This document shows, in pieces, positions 1-14,425 of a DNA stretch of 64,000 nucleotides (its first letter is position 1; every line of letters starts with the position of its first letter). The translations under genes were made by a program, and so were the position numbers. The notes under the pieces are model-generated. The model was not told the origin of the DNA. It made no database searches and saw only the letters and a program-made list of their open reading frames with translations. Source of the stretch: Dimorphilus gyrociliatus (Eukaryota > Animalia > Annelida); contig CAJFCJ010000033.1 in the NCBI GenBank assembly GCA_904063045.1, positions 135,573-199,572 of the forward strand, in the 5' to 3' direction.

Positions 1-813
1 TTTATGGAATTTATGGAAAGGGAGGGCGGCTCTATTCTCATAGAATGCTGGATAGCAATGGACAATTTTGAATATGGAGAATCGGCTGCTCAAGAAGATG
101 CAATGGTGATCTACGATAAATATTTCTCGTTACAAGCAATCTCTCCTGTAGGATTTGATGATAAGATTCGTTTTGAAATTGAAACGAATATATGTCGGGA
201 AGGTGGGCCTTTAAAGGATTGCTTTCTTTGTGCTCAAAAAGTTGTTCTATGCTCTCTGGAAAGGATATATCTACCTGTTTTTCTCAAATCCGATTTATAC
301 TTGAAGTATTTAGATGAACTGATTTCAGCCGCAAAAAATCAACATAAAAGGAACTCAAGCAACGGTTCCAATAATTCTATTCACCAAGCAACAGCGTCTT
401 CTCATCCAAAAAAGTCCACCGATAAAGTTAGCGAAAATTTTACAATCGATAATAGTCTATTCGAACCCGATACGCTTTGGCAAAGAGATGAAGGACAAAT
501 GACTTTAGGTAGAATAAACGAATGGGGAGAATACGTTCGCAGATTCGAACCGGAACCGGAGAATGACAAAAGAAACTTTGGTAAATATTGCTGATAAAAT
601 TTTTGCGTTTATTTCATTATGTCCGTAATGAAAATGATATTTTATTTCTGTTTTTTTATTATTATACTATATATTTTTGATTCTTTCTTTTCAGTTGAAA
701 AAATATTCGTAAGAAGTAAGGAAAAGGATAAAACTGAGGAAGATATGGCTAGTCAAGTGGCTAAGATGATAATTAACGATATTGTGTCGGTTACGAAGTC
801 TACTAAAAAGTAG
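1..813 (+). CDS. AKAP10: A-kinase anchor protein 10 (D-AKAP2), 3' part; 5' end outside window
   Basis: RGS-like domain DAMVIYDKYFSLQA..GFDDKIRFEIETNICREGGP..CF matches AKAP10. Intron 581-694 (GT..AG, phase 1). The last exon encodes the PKA-binding amphipathic helix EEDMASQVAKMIINDIV; stop TAG 811-813. Confidence 0.93.
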
Positions 814-1537
814 AAATTATAGCTTATGTATTACATATACAAATTCGTACGTAAATGTAGGGAAGGAGATTATTCTGCAGATATAAAGAAGAAAACAATT
901 ACCCTCACCATGGTGCTCACTATACCCTCTTTCTTTTCAATAGACGTCCTGAGTTGAGTGGGTATTATTAAAAATGTTAAAATGTAGATTTTTTTAAAGC
1001 AAGTATGAAAGTTTTTTTTCTACGGAAAGTTGAAAAAGAAAATGAAAAAAAAATAAAAATTTGTGAATTTGATTATAGAAGAGTATTAACAAAAATAAAA
1101 TAAATATTAGTTTATTTAATTTGTTTCTACTTTTTTATATATGTTTGTATTTATTGAAAAAATCATGTAATTCATCTTTAAGGATCGTTTGTTATTTATG
1201 TAGATTTTTCTATTAAAATACACGTTCGTCGAATCCTTGTTTTCATGTTTTTCTGGAGTTGAAATGAAAAAACGTTGACAATATATATCGTGTTCATATT
1301 CAAATATAGTTGAGCAGTTAGTACTGACACCTACAATTCTTTGATCTTTCAATGTCAACGAACATTTACAAAGATTGTGATAAGATCTTGAGGTAAATAG
1401 CTATCATATCGTGTCTACTGCACTTTAACTGCTGTCATAATGTACATATTTCCTTTAATTACTTCAGAATCAATAGCTGCTGAGGGAAAATAAACTCGAC
1501 TTTTGTAAAATTCGCGTAGTTCTTTATTCCGTTTAAA

Positions 1538-4002
1538 ATGAGCCAAAAAAGTTTCACCTATTACAAATGGATAACATTTGTATCAATGTATTCTGGATAC
1601 TTCCTATACATATTGGACAGGAAAGCTTTCGCTTTTTGTATGCCTGCAATCATGCAACAATTATCTTTCGGAGAAAATGAACTTGGTAAAGATTCTTTGA
1701 AGCCCGTCAAAATTAAACATAATCAATTATATAATTAAGCTAAGAAAAGTTGATTTTTTACATTTTGAATTTGTTTAAAAAGAAGAAAAGAATAGCTTGA
1801 ATTATAAAAGAATTGTAAAAAAAATTGTTTAATAATAGGTCTATTGGCAAGTTCGCAGAATATTGCTTATACGATAAGTAAATTCATTGGAGGAATCCTT
1901 GCGGATCGATATAGTTGCAGATGGCTGTTTGCTTTCGGCCTTTTCCTTAACGGCTTTATTATTGTCATGTTTACAGGTAAGAAATATGATATCTATTTTT
2001 ACTCTTCTCAATTCAAAGTAACTTTTAAAGAATGAATCGACATACTAAGCTTTCTTTTTAATTTGCATCTATTTACATATATTTAATCAATATTAAAATT
2101 AATTTATTACTTTAAATATGTAATTTATAAGTAAAATATCGAATTTACTTCCACTGGTAGAGATAGTTAATTAACAATGAGAGTGCTTGGTAGATTTCAT
2201 GCATAAATTTGCATGTTAAAAAATTAACTGAAAATGAATATTTATGAATGTTTTTATTCGTTAACAGCATTTGAAAATATTTACGTTCTAACGCTCATCA
2301 TGTTTGTCAATGGTTTGGCTCAGGGTTTTGGTTGGCCTGCGGCTGCAAAAATGCTTAAAAATGTTTGTTTGTTAAAATTAATTCAAGAAAAGATAGACTA
2401 AACATCATATTTTGACAAACAAAATGTATATATTTATATACAGAATGCGTTTATTAATAGACTAGTGGTTTTCATCAGTTATTAATTAAGTATAAACATA
2501 TACACAGATAGTGTGTACCGTAGTTATGGTTACGTATTTTAACTATCTGTATAAATATTTTACATTTATTTTTAGTGGTTCTCGCCTACCGAACTCGGTA
2601 CATGGTGGAGTATTTTGTCATCTTCAATGAATATTGCATGCAGTGTAGGTCCTATAGTAGCAACATATCTCATCGGAATTTACGGATGGAAATCATTTTT
2701 CTATATTATTGGTATACGCATCTTATCTATAATATTATCTTTAATCTTAAATCTTTCTCATTCCATTTAAGGTGTTTTCTCTGTTTTGTTAACGCTTTCA
2801 ACAAAGTTTTCTCTGTTCGACAAACCCCAAGATTTTGGCTATAAGCCTATAGTTAAAGATCAAACTACAAAACAAGGAAGAGGCTCTTTCAAAGATTTAC
2901 TAACAAATCGTTTAATGTGGATTGTTGGCTTCTGCTATATGAACATATTTTTAATTCGCACAGCTGTCCTAGATTGGGGCCAACTATTCTTTATACAAGA
3001 TAAGAAACAATCGGCATTAGTTGGTGAGTTAAGTTGATTTTTTAACTAATTTACCGAATTCTTGTTAATTTAACTTTTTGTTTTAGCTAGTTCCTACGTC
3101 AGTTCTCTAGAGATCGGTGGATTTTTTGGTTCAATTGTTGCCGGATATGCTACCGACAAGGCCGTATCGGCATACGTAAGTAATGCAATAATAATAATAT
3201 TCAATTGAGATTTTGTCGAGTTGGTTCGAAATCTATAACCTTTCCCCCTCTATTTCGTATTCGTATAAATAAGCCTATATATTTTCTCTTTTTCTCCTAT
3301 ACAATATTAATTCACCTTAATTCAGCTCATCATTTCTCTCACATGATAGATAGGGCTTTGTGTAATTATGCATAACAAAGTTACGTACGTGATTATTTCA
3401 ATCTTTCTTTCTTTCAGTTCAATTTTCCTTTTCTTTCTTTCAATTTTATTAATTAGCAAATTTCATTAAAGAAAATTAATGAAATGTCTTCACTCTTGCT
3501 CTCTTTCAGGGTAAATCAACGAAATTTGGAAGCACTAGAATGATTGCAACCCTAATTGGCTGGATTGGAACAATAACTTTCTTGCATTTGACAGTCTTTT
3601 TAGTAAATAAAGATTCTTCCCAACTGTTAATATGGACTTTGGGTCTTTTATTGGGAGCGGCTGTCTATTGTCCAATCAACTCATACGGTGTAGTTGTCAT
3701 TGAAGCATCACCTTCGCATCTATCTGGAACAGCTCATGCTCTTGTAGGATTTGCAGCAAACAGTAAGAAATTCCACATATAAATTATATATATATATATA
3801 TATACTGTATACCTGTATATGTATTTTTACAGTTGGAGGAGTAATGGCTGGCTTACCTTTAAGCTCGTACGCAAAGTATTACGCATGGACTGGATCTTTT
3901 ATCTTGTTAGAAATTATCGGAGTTATTACAATAATAATTTGCGCAATAGCTCTGAGAAATGTTAAATATTCAACTGTTAATATGAAGAAAAAGGATGAAT
4001 AA
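1538..4002 (+). CDS. SLC37A4: Glucose-6-phosphate exchanger / translocase (MFS, OPA family), about 8 exons
   Basis: Motifs LDRKAFAFCMP, YTISKFIGGILADRY, NGLAQGFGWP, WFSPTELGTWWSILSSSMN, RTAVLDWGQLFFIQDK, EASPSHLSGTAHA. C-terminal KKKDE is an ER dilysine signal (KKxx), as in vertebrate G6PT. Canonical introns link the ORF-track fragments. Confidence 0.92.
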
Positions 4003-4612
4003 ATAACAATAAATTTTATTAGGTATATTTTGTTCTAATTAACTAATTAAAGAAAATATATGTCATTAATTAATTACACAAAGATGTGTTTTAATTTTTC
4101 GAAATGAATGTGTTTTGTTATTTTTATCTTATCAATAGGTAACATAGACAATATAGAACAAAAGTATCTAGTTAAGAAGGAAATAATAAAGAATATCTAT
4201 CTATTAAGCGTAAAAGAGAAGCTAAGAATATCGTCAACCTTACCAGATAATTTCTCCTTACTGTTTTGTTTAACGCAATTTAGATAAATCAGGATTTACG
4301 AGAATGTTAAATTTATTAAGTAAATTTATTATATTATTGAGAATGAAAGCAGTCTAGAAAGAAAAAGGGAAAGAGAAAGAGAGAGAAGAAAATAGAAAGA
4401 GCCATAGAGAAAAAAGTAAAAAACATAATAACGAGATTAATAATGAAAATTATGAAAGAGAGAATAAAATCTAAGCATATTACGCATATATACAGTACAT
4501 ATCCAGTATATATGTAATTGAGGACAGCAGTGAAGAAAAACGAATATATAAAGTCTAAAGAGATAACTTTCCCAATGATCTAATGAACAAACTTTAAAGA
4601 AAAACGTTTATT

Positions 4613-5860
4613 TTATCCTTTTAACTCTATCATTTCACTCTCAGCAGCTTGATTTGGAATTCGAATTTGAGGTCTTCGCCTACTTTTCATAGATCGTATA
4701 GAGTTGAAAAAAGTCCTCCTAAATTCTGGCGATAGCGTAAACATTATGAAATAATTAAGTGTAAAACGAATTTGATATAGAACATGAAGAATGATAAACG
4801 GATAGTTATTATTAAAAGTCCAATTCTGTGGTATTATACCACTAGCTAAAATTCTCAGAAATATTACTGGCAAGCTAGTAAAAACGTGTGCGGAAGCAAT
4901 AGCTACAACGCAATGAGTCAATTGAGAACTAAATTTACCAACTTCACCATTTGTCTCCGGCTTGCTCTTATGAAAGTTGCGTACTTCCTTAATTATGCAA
5001 ATACATAGAGTAATTAAAGTCATTGTAGCTATTAAACCGTTAAATATCATATCGAAAAAGTCTAATACCCAATAAATTTCTTCGTTATTCGGTCTGCAGA
5101 ATGATTGACTTGTATTTCCAGTATCAACATTATTTAATAAAGTTGTGTTTATGTAAATGGCCGCAGCGAATAGAGCAACCAAAATGACAATTAATCTAGC
5201 CGCTGTTCTAGTTCTAAGTTTAATTGCAATTTTCCAATTACGAAAGTACAGGATATAGTCAAAACACATAAGTGAAGCGTACCAAACCGTTAAGAAACCA
5301 CAGATATTCATTGCGTAAGTTATAGGAAGGCAACCATATTCAGTTGACTTGGATCTTATACCGAACAATTCAGCCCAGGTCAACAAAGAAAGACAAGAGT
5401 ATACTCCGTCGGCAACTGCTTGAGAAATTATATACACCACTGTTGATTTATTACAAAGCTCTGCATTCCGTATTGTTACTATTAGTGCCACATTTGATAT
5501 AAGGGAAGTGATGAATATTGCTGGCGTTAAGTATATACCCAATAAATGTTGCAGTCTGTATCCACTATCTGTTGCAGTGTCATTTGCTGTAGGAAAAACA
5601 TTTAACTTTAAATCAAAGCTATTTTTCTCAATTAATAAGTATGGTAAAAGGAATGAAAATATTTATTCCTATAGATAATTGTTCCTTTTGCTTCCTTTAT
5701 TTCCTATTCTCGTTCTCAATTTCTTCCCTTTACTAAGCGTACTTATATTTTAAAAGGCTTAAGCATAGTGACTTGAAACCTAATGATTTATAATCCCTAG
5801 CACTTTTAGAAATGTATAATTCTTAGAAGTTCGATGAAGAGTCAGCGGGCGATAGAGAGA

Positions 5861-5903
<43 letters not shown>

Positions 5904-6068
5904 GGGTAATCGGAATTTAAGCTTGAAGTTAAATAGAAAAAGTAGTCATATCATAAAAGATAGGCACAGATTACAAACATTAACAATTAATAGTACTCTC
6001 ATTATATATGCTTCTTTTAATTCATAAATAGCTTATTAATTTTAAGAATGCTTACTATAGTTTGCCAT
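4613..6068 (-). CDS. Rhodopsin-class 7TM receptor (orphan peptide/chemoreceptor-like), about 328 aa
   Basis: Seven hydrophobic segments in ORF 4613-5542. The frame stays open to a strong acceptor (ttttcctacag, 5587). A 13-nt coding exon 6056-6068 (ATG GCA AAC TAT A|gtaagc, phase 1) gives the N-terminus MANYTNDTATDSGYRLQHLLG with two N-glycosylation sequons. The first exon is inferred. Confidence 0.85.
5864..5900. repeat. (GA)n microsatellite
   Basis: Uninterrupted GA run inside the inferred GPCR intron. Confidence 0.95.
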
Positions 6069-6759
6069 TATAACTTTTCTTTATCCGTTAAAGAAGAAAT
6101 ATCAAGTTCATTCTTTAGAGAATCTTCATTCTGACATAATCCAGAAATTGATAAATTAGAAAAGACTTTTCAAATACACTATTCAATTTTGAAAAGACGA
6201 AGAGAGAAAAGGAATGAAAGATATAGAGATAGGATACACAGTATTTGCAGATAGATAAATAGATAGATAGAAGAAAGAGATAAAAGAAAGTGTCTAGACA
6301 GTAATCTTAAAGATAACTGGAGACTAACCGAAAAAAGTTAGCAATGATCTGGAAAGCCAGCAACTGAAAGAGAGAATGAGAGAGAGGCACTTTTCGTAAC
6401 GCCATCAACCGGCGTTTATTGTCATTATAATAGAGAGAGAGAGAGAGAGCGATAGATAGAGAGATAACTATGCAACGGAAGAACAAGATTAAGAAAATAA
6501 GGAATAAAGAATGAAGAAAGTGGATGAAATGGATTTGATAAAATGTTTGATAATGAACTGTATTCAATTCATATAAATTCTTAATACTGTATACATAAAA
6601 TGAAAGTTGAGTAAGGAATAAATACAAAACATACAGTATATACTGTATATATATACTAATATATATATATATATATATATATATACTATGTAGTAAATAT
6701 AGGAAAAATACAAGAGTTTCATCTGCAAACATGGAAATAAACATTTTAATGACAGCTAA

Positions 6760-7439
6760 TTATAGCGGAGAAATAGTTTGATCGATTGGTTTCAATACAG
6801 GCTTCTTTGGGACGGGAGTTTTCATCACTATTACATCAGATGCTCCGTAAACACTATTCTTTCTAAGTTTCTCATTATTTGCCATAGTAGGCGGTAAACG
6901 TTTGGGTCTCGGGTCGTCCTCTTTAATTAAAATATCGAAATCAGGAAGGGGCTTCATAAATCCAATCTTACCAATTAGCCAGTATGTTGTCATATTACCC
7001 TTTCCCTGTTTAAAAGTATAGTATAGATATATAAATGGAGACCAAACAAAACAAAAATACTATTTCGAGTTGGACATTAATTGCCATTGAAACTCGAGCA
7101 GAATCTTAATTTGAATGGGACGGGACGTCTCTTTTCAAACTGAGAGAAATTACTATAAATTCTCTATTTTACTAGATAAATATTAAAATATTCTTCTCAG
7201 AGATAATCAATTGCATTTGAATGAATCTAAATTAAAAATCTTATAGTTCTCTTCTAAAGGAAAAATAATTCGTTAAAAAACTCGGACGAAAAGCTTCCTT
7301 TCTTTTCTCTTTTGTTTATTCTACACTAATTAAGGGAAATAATATATACAATATATGACACCGATAAAAGCAATAGAGATCTTTGAAGAAAACTGTTAAA
7401 TAATTCATTGCATAAATGTTAAGAGGGTAAAATATTGTA

Positions 7440-7483
<44 letters not shown>

Positions 7484-7635
7484 GTGATTTTTCAGCTATT
7501 TACATACATTTAGCTTGTTTAATTTGATAATTTTCTTAATGTTATTATAACCTATAATTGAATTTATACTCTATAACTGATGATTAAATTTTCTACAAAA
7601 AAGATTCGTTAGCTTGGACGCTAGAGATTGTTTCC

Positions 7636-7669
<34 letters not shown>

Positions 7670-10600
7670 CATTTTTATATGTTAATATTGACTATCTTGC
7701 TAATATTTTCAACTTACCTTAACTTCTATACCTCCTCTTTCAGCCATTAAATAACCATCGAATAGGCTTAGACCTTTGAATGTACTTTTACTTAGATGGA
7801 TTCTTAATGCTTGTAGAACAATATGTTTCAATATACATATATATATATATACTTTTTGTATTAGTTACTTACGTAGTCCGTTGCTTTCCATTCGACTCGC
7901 TGTGTTGACTGTATCTCCGAATAGACAATACCTAGGCATTGTCTTTCCAACTACTCCAGCTACGGCACTACCACTATGAAGACCTATCAATTTGCATTTA
8001 CTTATTTACAAATAAGAAGCAAAACAAAGCAAGAGAAAAAAATAATACATTTGTTTACTAAAAGACTCTTTTCATATTCACAACAAAAGTATGCCTCTGT
8101 TATTAATTTAGCTTAATATTTGTCAGAAATAGGGGAAAAGTACGGTCGGCGGGAGTTAGGAAGGAAGGAAGGGAGAGAGATAGGGAGAGAGGGAGGGACG
8201 AAGAGATAGAGATAGAGAGAGAGAGAGAGTGAAAAAAGAAGGATTTAATAATGATCATTGACTTTTTGTACGTAATCTTTCCCTTGCCCTATCTTTATAA
8301 ATTTACAAAATAGATGAAAGCATACCAATTCTAATTTGTATTTTATAGTCAGGCAAATGAGGAACTTTAAACGATAAGATACCACTGAGAAGATCTAAAG
8401 CGCAGTTTGCGATCTCTGTACAATGTTTTTCACCGTTTCTCCTCGGTAATCCGCTTACTAACATGTAAGCATCTCCAATAGTTTCAACCTAAATTTTTGT
8501 AAAAAGAAACCTTTTTAAATACTGTTAATCATAGTTTTTTATAAGATTATACACTATCGGCAACATTATTATACATTAATACAATAAATATATAAACAGT
8601 ATATACTGTACATTAGACGCTAAAGATAAAAGTTAATATAACAGTAGGGTAGAGTGGTAAGGGTAGATACCATCAAAAGTTTCTGTGAACTTATTTATAT
8701 ACAGATACTGTATATTTATTAATGTCCTTCCAATAGCTAAATGTTGTTCATGACAGCTCTGAATGAAACCCTATTTCCTTCATTTCTCATTAAACTAATC
8801 GCGTAATATTCTTAGAATATTTTATAAATTACGTTAATTCAGCATAATAATTAAAATTAATGAAGTTGTTATATCTTTGTACAAATGAATGAATCTATCG
8901 TAATAGACATATTTACTGTACGTAAATCATTTTCTCTTACCTTATATACGTCGTGTACACTAATTGTTTGATCAAAAAGAGTGTAAAGAGCGTTCAATAA
9001 GTCGACAACTTGCATTGGTGAGCTTTTAGCAGCTAGATTTGTAAACTTAACAATATCTGAGAAATAGATTGTAACCGCTTCAAAACTCTCCGCTTGAATT
9101 CCTTTTCCATTTATTAATTCTTTAGCGATTAGCCTAAGTAAAAGATGAAGCTAAATAAGTAAATGTCTATAAAGGTTAACGGTGAAAGGAAGAAGAAATT
9201 GGGAAGATGTAAGAAGATGGAATAGTATGAATAATTTTGTAGCAAATAGAAATTTTTATAATATACTCAGGTAGCATCCTGTTAAGCAGCTCGAGCGACC
9301 TTTTCTTTTCCGCTTCTATCTGCTCACTCTTTTCACCGACAATCTTTTCTAATTGTTCCGATTGCTTCTCCAGCATTTTAGCCATATTATCAACAACATT
9401 TTTAGAACGATGGGGATTTATAATAGCCAAATTCTTTAATAGATTAGATGAACTCGGTCGCTTTTGATTATCGATTTGCCAAGTTTGTTTTATAAGATTT
9501 GATATTTGCGATTCGAGTGAACTGGACTCTTCTAAATCCTCCAACTTTGGACATAAATTACCATTAATAATCTCTTTAATAATCTCATTGTCATTTAGAT
9601 CGTCGTATTCCTCGAAAGGGGAAGTTCTAGTGAATATCTCTTTAAATATTATACCGACGCTATAGATGTCACCTTCTGGCGATCTACCAGTTATTCTTGG
9701 TGGTGTAGAATCGTCGAAATCGGTATCAAGATGCTCAGGAGCAATCCAAAATAAGTCTAGCAAATGGTTTCAATATCAGCCATTGTTTATTTATATTATT
9801 TTATTATAAACAGTTATTGAATACTACCTGAAGTTGTCAGATTATGATCTTCTCCTTCTTTAAATTTCTCTAAGCCGTAATCTGTTAATTTACATAGCCA
9901 TCTTCCATCGATAATGCAGTTTTTACTTGTTAATTTTCCATGGTACTTCAAAGGGCTTGTATGCAAGTACTTTAAGCCCTATTAAAGAAAATCAAACAAA
10001 AAAAAAATCCTTATTTAATATAGTCGTAAATGATGGAGAGGAAGAAGGGGAAGAAGTGAAAGTAGTAAGAAGAAGCATATGTAACTTACGCTTAGAATAT
10101 CGTTAGCAAAAGAGAATTTAAATGTATCGTCTAGGAATATATCATCGTTCTCTAGAACATCTTTAAGACTTCCTTTCGTACCGAATTCCCATATTGCACA
10201 AACATTAGAAATATCGGTGGAAGCTCCAATAAACGATGCCAAAAAATTCGACTTGAGTTCGGTCATCTAATAAATACATGTAGTTTTTATCCGGGTAAAT
10301 AAGAATAGTTTAAGTGTACTGGTTTTGGACGAACAGTTGAAGAGAAAGGACATTTACTGAAGAGGAAGAAGAAGAAGAAGTAGAGAAATAAGAGAGAAAT
10401 TAGAATGTTAAATGAGATAAAACCTTTATAAGGTTAAAAGAAAAGTCTAATATGTAAACATACGGAGCGCATTTCAATCTTCAAATCCCTGTCGATTTTG
10501 ACACGTTGTTTTCTCAAGCTTTTAACTACGACAATGCCTCCTCTATATTCAGCAGTTTTAATTGACACCTTAGTTTCAGGTGATGTCGAATGGTCTAGAG

Positions 10601-13600
10601 TGGAATTTGTGCATATTGACCCTTTAGAGATTATTGACGCATTCTGACTGGCTAAATCCTTTTTAATCTCTTTCAAATCGTCGAATCTAATTTTCCACGT
10701 CATATTTTCCAAATCTTTTTCCCTTTGAAAACGTCTACAGAGAACGTAAGCTATGGCTCCAATAATACAAGAAATCATAATTGCAGTCGGGGGAGTTATA
10801 TATAAAGCCAAATCTGTTACAAATGAATAAAATATTAAAATACACTAATTACTCTTATACTGTATACAGAATAAAGTATATTGTTTATATACTAATATAC
10901 TGTATATGCAGTTCTTTACAATAAGTTACATCTGACAATTTGACCTACTAACTGGGACAATTCTCATTTTGAAAGCCACAATCTGGAATATCTTGCGGTT
11001 TATTAGAAAGTCCAGCTGTTCCATCTCCCCAAATTATACTCGACAACGATTTCACGCTTGTTGTAATATTTGCACTCAATTTCTCTGGTATTAATTCAAC
11101 GGCTTCCTCGAATATTCCATTGGATTTTAAATCAAAAAGTGTGAATCCTGGTTGCCTATCCCCATTATCCGATATATACACATCACCAGTCGACCAAAAA
11201 TTATCTAAGGAATACAAAGGGATAGGGTTTAAAAAGGATAAATATGCATTATTAATGCTTAAATATATCCCCTGTTCTAAAAACGATGAGTAGATAAAGA
11301 AGTTAACCTGATTTTAATGGATAAAATCTATTTTTTACAATGGAGAATAATGATGTTCCACTTGTGGCTTGATTTTTATTCTGTAGCTCCTGATGAGCAG
11401 TTGCGAATAGAAGAAGAGCATCGTGCAGATATAATGAATAGCTGTTACTCTATCCCCAAAAGAGAGTAATAGAAACATTTAACATATCACAAAGTATATA
11501 TCAAGTCTTTCTCTAAAAAGGATTTATCATTTTATTATATATGATGATTTTATCTCTATCTTCCCACCTCTCATTCCCTTTACGTCGGGTAAAAGAGATA
11601 TCAAATCTTATAAGTTATATAGACGCCGACACTTTCCGTCAGTCGATTTACAATTTAATAAAGAGTGTTTTTGTCGATAATCATCTTTCGTTTAGCATGC
11701 GATAAAGTCTGTCTACGATACAGTAGGAGACAGAAAGAGAGAAAAAAGAAAGGAAATATATGCGAAAAAATGCATTGCACAATATAATACAATAGAAAGA
11801 AGAGAGAATGAAAGATAGAATTACTAAGAATCGCATCTTCAGATGGATAGACGATAGAGATGAGCCAAAACTATGGCAATAGCTTTACGCACGATAGATT
11901 TTGAGATTTCAGTTTAGTCTGTCATATTTGAAAAACACTTTATAAGAGTGAGTTTGCATTGACAAACTATAGTAATTCTATACAACTACAGTATATAATT
12001 ATAGAATACAGTAAGTAGATGTTAATATGTATCTGATATTGCTAAAGACTCTCTCTCTCTCTCTCTCTCTCTCTTATTCTTTATCTCTTGATGCCTTCAT
12101 ACCTTTTTAAACTGTACTCCAAATTTATTCAAATATCCACTCTTCGTGGCCGCCTCGTCAGCTTTTGTTAAGAAACTTTCAACTTCTTTCTTCATTAAAG
12201 ACTTCATACAGAACTGGAAAGAATTCTTAATTTTAATTATGAATGAAATAGTATTTTAAAGCCAACCATTAGGAGATTATTAAAGGCATTTCTTGCCAGA
12301 CTATCAGATCCGTCGTTCCCTTTCCAGATATTTTCTGACGTTAATTCATTAATATATACCGGATCTGGAATGTGGGTGGTTGTATATACAAATACATATT
12401 CTCCACCTTCCATATTATTTTCAACAGATCTTAGCATCCATTTACGCAATTGATGCGAAGGTACACATAATATGATTACTGTATTAAAATATTTGATTAT
12501 ATCTCTTTTTTATGAAAAAATTAATTAAAACAATGATGCTAATTACTTCGTGCTTCAGACTTAATCTTAACTAAAATATTATCTATTTCATTCTCAGCTG
12601 GATTCAGATCAACATCCATTATCCATCTTGCTATACTCCCAGAAGCTTTATATATATCATTAATTGATCCGGCTAAGGTTCTATATTCGGCGGCGTTACT
12701 CGATACTAGGAATATGTGACTCCATCCTATATAGGATAACATTTTGCGTAATCCAACTGCAACATAGTTGGTAGGCCCAAGCAGTCGTACTAGAGTTGTA
12801 AATACAGACTTTTTGGAGAGATCTGGACTAGGCGAAAAGAATCCAAAAATTGGAATATCTCTATAAGAAGCTAATTCAGCTGTAGGCTTCATCGCTGTTG
12901 TGATTAATTAGATTTAAAAAACACAAAGAGAGATAAGGAGAAAAAGCAATATTGGACACATAAAAATCTATTCAGTTGAAGATAAGCCTCAAGTAGAATT
13001 AATAAAGATTAATCCAACTAGCGAGATAGATACAATGGTATAGAATACAATTTGCCCTCTTAATTTGTTCCCAGCTTCCTTTTTCATATCATTTTTATTC
13101 TATATTTTAACAGTTTACTCTCAAAACCAATTATTTTTGAACAATAGAGTATGATAAGAAGAAAGGAGAGGGCCAAAATTTTTTGATAAGAATAGATTAG
13201 GAAGGAGAAATCCTTTAGAATACAGTAAAAAGAAAAGAAAATACTTTAATGAGTTTCTGTCGGAGAGAAAGAAAGATTGGCCTACAATTGTGGCAAACAT
13301 ATGATTAGCAGTTGAAATAAAATTAAGTGTATATGGAGGAGGAGGAGGAGGAGATGATGAAGATCATGATCTATCGCTCTCTCTCTCTCTCTCTCTCTCT
13401 GCCTCGCTCGCTCGCTCTTACATCGAATTCTATAAATAAACGCTTGGTGAGAAGAGAAAAGATTTTAAATAAAAGCTCTTACTCTTTAAAATATATACAG
13501 CTTAATCATATATTAAATTCTGCTCATAACCAGGCAATCCTCTTAAAGATATATCATTCTTTTTTCAGTCATAAGGAAACAATACTGTTTTCTATCTATA

Positions 13601-14425
13601 AATCGTCTGTATAGACTTATTAATATTCATGAAACATCTAATTAAATTTCTTTTTAAAAATGTTAAAAATAAATTTGTTTTTTTTCGTGACATGTATACA
13701 ATAACAAGAGTTTTAGATAAGAACCAATTTGAGAAAAACAGAGAGAGAGAGAGAGAGAGAGAGCAGAAGAGATATAAGAGAAGCTTCATAGGTAGCTGGT
13801 ATTCGTATATGCGTATCTACATTTGCCGCTGAGGTAGAAGGGCAGTGTAAGTAAGAGAGGAGGGGGAGGGGGCAGAGAGAGAGGAAGAAAAGAGGGATAA
13901 CCTGAACATAAATATCTCGTTAAGACTATTTACCCTCAGAACACGCTGGACCCATAATTAAAGAATATTTCGATTGTTCCATCAGCTCGTATAGAGCTGA
14001 TATAGAACCTCCTTTTGAACATTTTGAATCCTTCCATTCTATTCTGAATGAATTAAAAAAATATTATTGGATTATTTAAATATAAAGATTATTATATAGT
14101 TAATACGTCATATATACACCTTATATTATGGATTATCGATTTTCATAAAAGAAGAAAAAAAATATATACAGTATATATATTTACAGTAAAAACGCTGTAC
14201 ATATTGCATATTTTATCAGATAATCCATGGATTAAATAAAAAGTATTACTCGAAGGAATAACTCTTATTAATTTTTTCAATAGCCAGCTCCAAAGCTCCG
14301 ATACTGGATCCTATCGTGGGAATATCTTGACCTTCTTCCGGCAACAATAATGCTACTTTGATTCCATTTACAAGTTGAATTAATTCTCCAGTAAGAAAGA
14401 GAACGTACAAAATGTGAGTAAGCAT
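6760..14425 (-). CDS. Receptor (membrane) guanylyl cyclase, NPR-type, copy 1
   Basis: Signal peptide from ATG 14425 ([21 protein letters not shown]) in a frame different from ORF-track 14277..14552. ANF-receptor ectodomain, TM helix at about 10750-10800, kinase-homology domain, dimerisation helix. Cyclase motifs [35 protein letters not shown] (E/C residues specify GTP). Stop 6760-6762. Confidence 0.92.
7445..7480. repeat. (TA)n microsatellite
   Basis: Uninterrupted TA run in a cyclase intron; many similar runs occur across the window. Confidence 0.95.

Noticed and set aside
6307-6744. 145-aa hydrophobic ORF, and similar ORFs at 13327-13832, 14540-14737, 20179-20379, 31186-31374, 32449-32751 and 60209-60592
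   Set aside because: Translations of TA/GA/T-rich microsatellite and intron sequence (IYIYI, SLSLS, FFFF); no domain or splice support.
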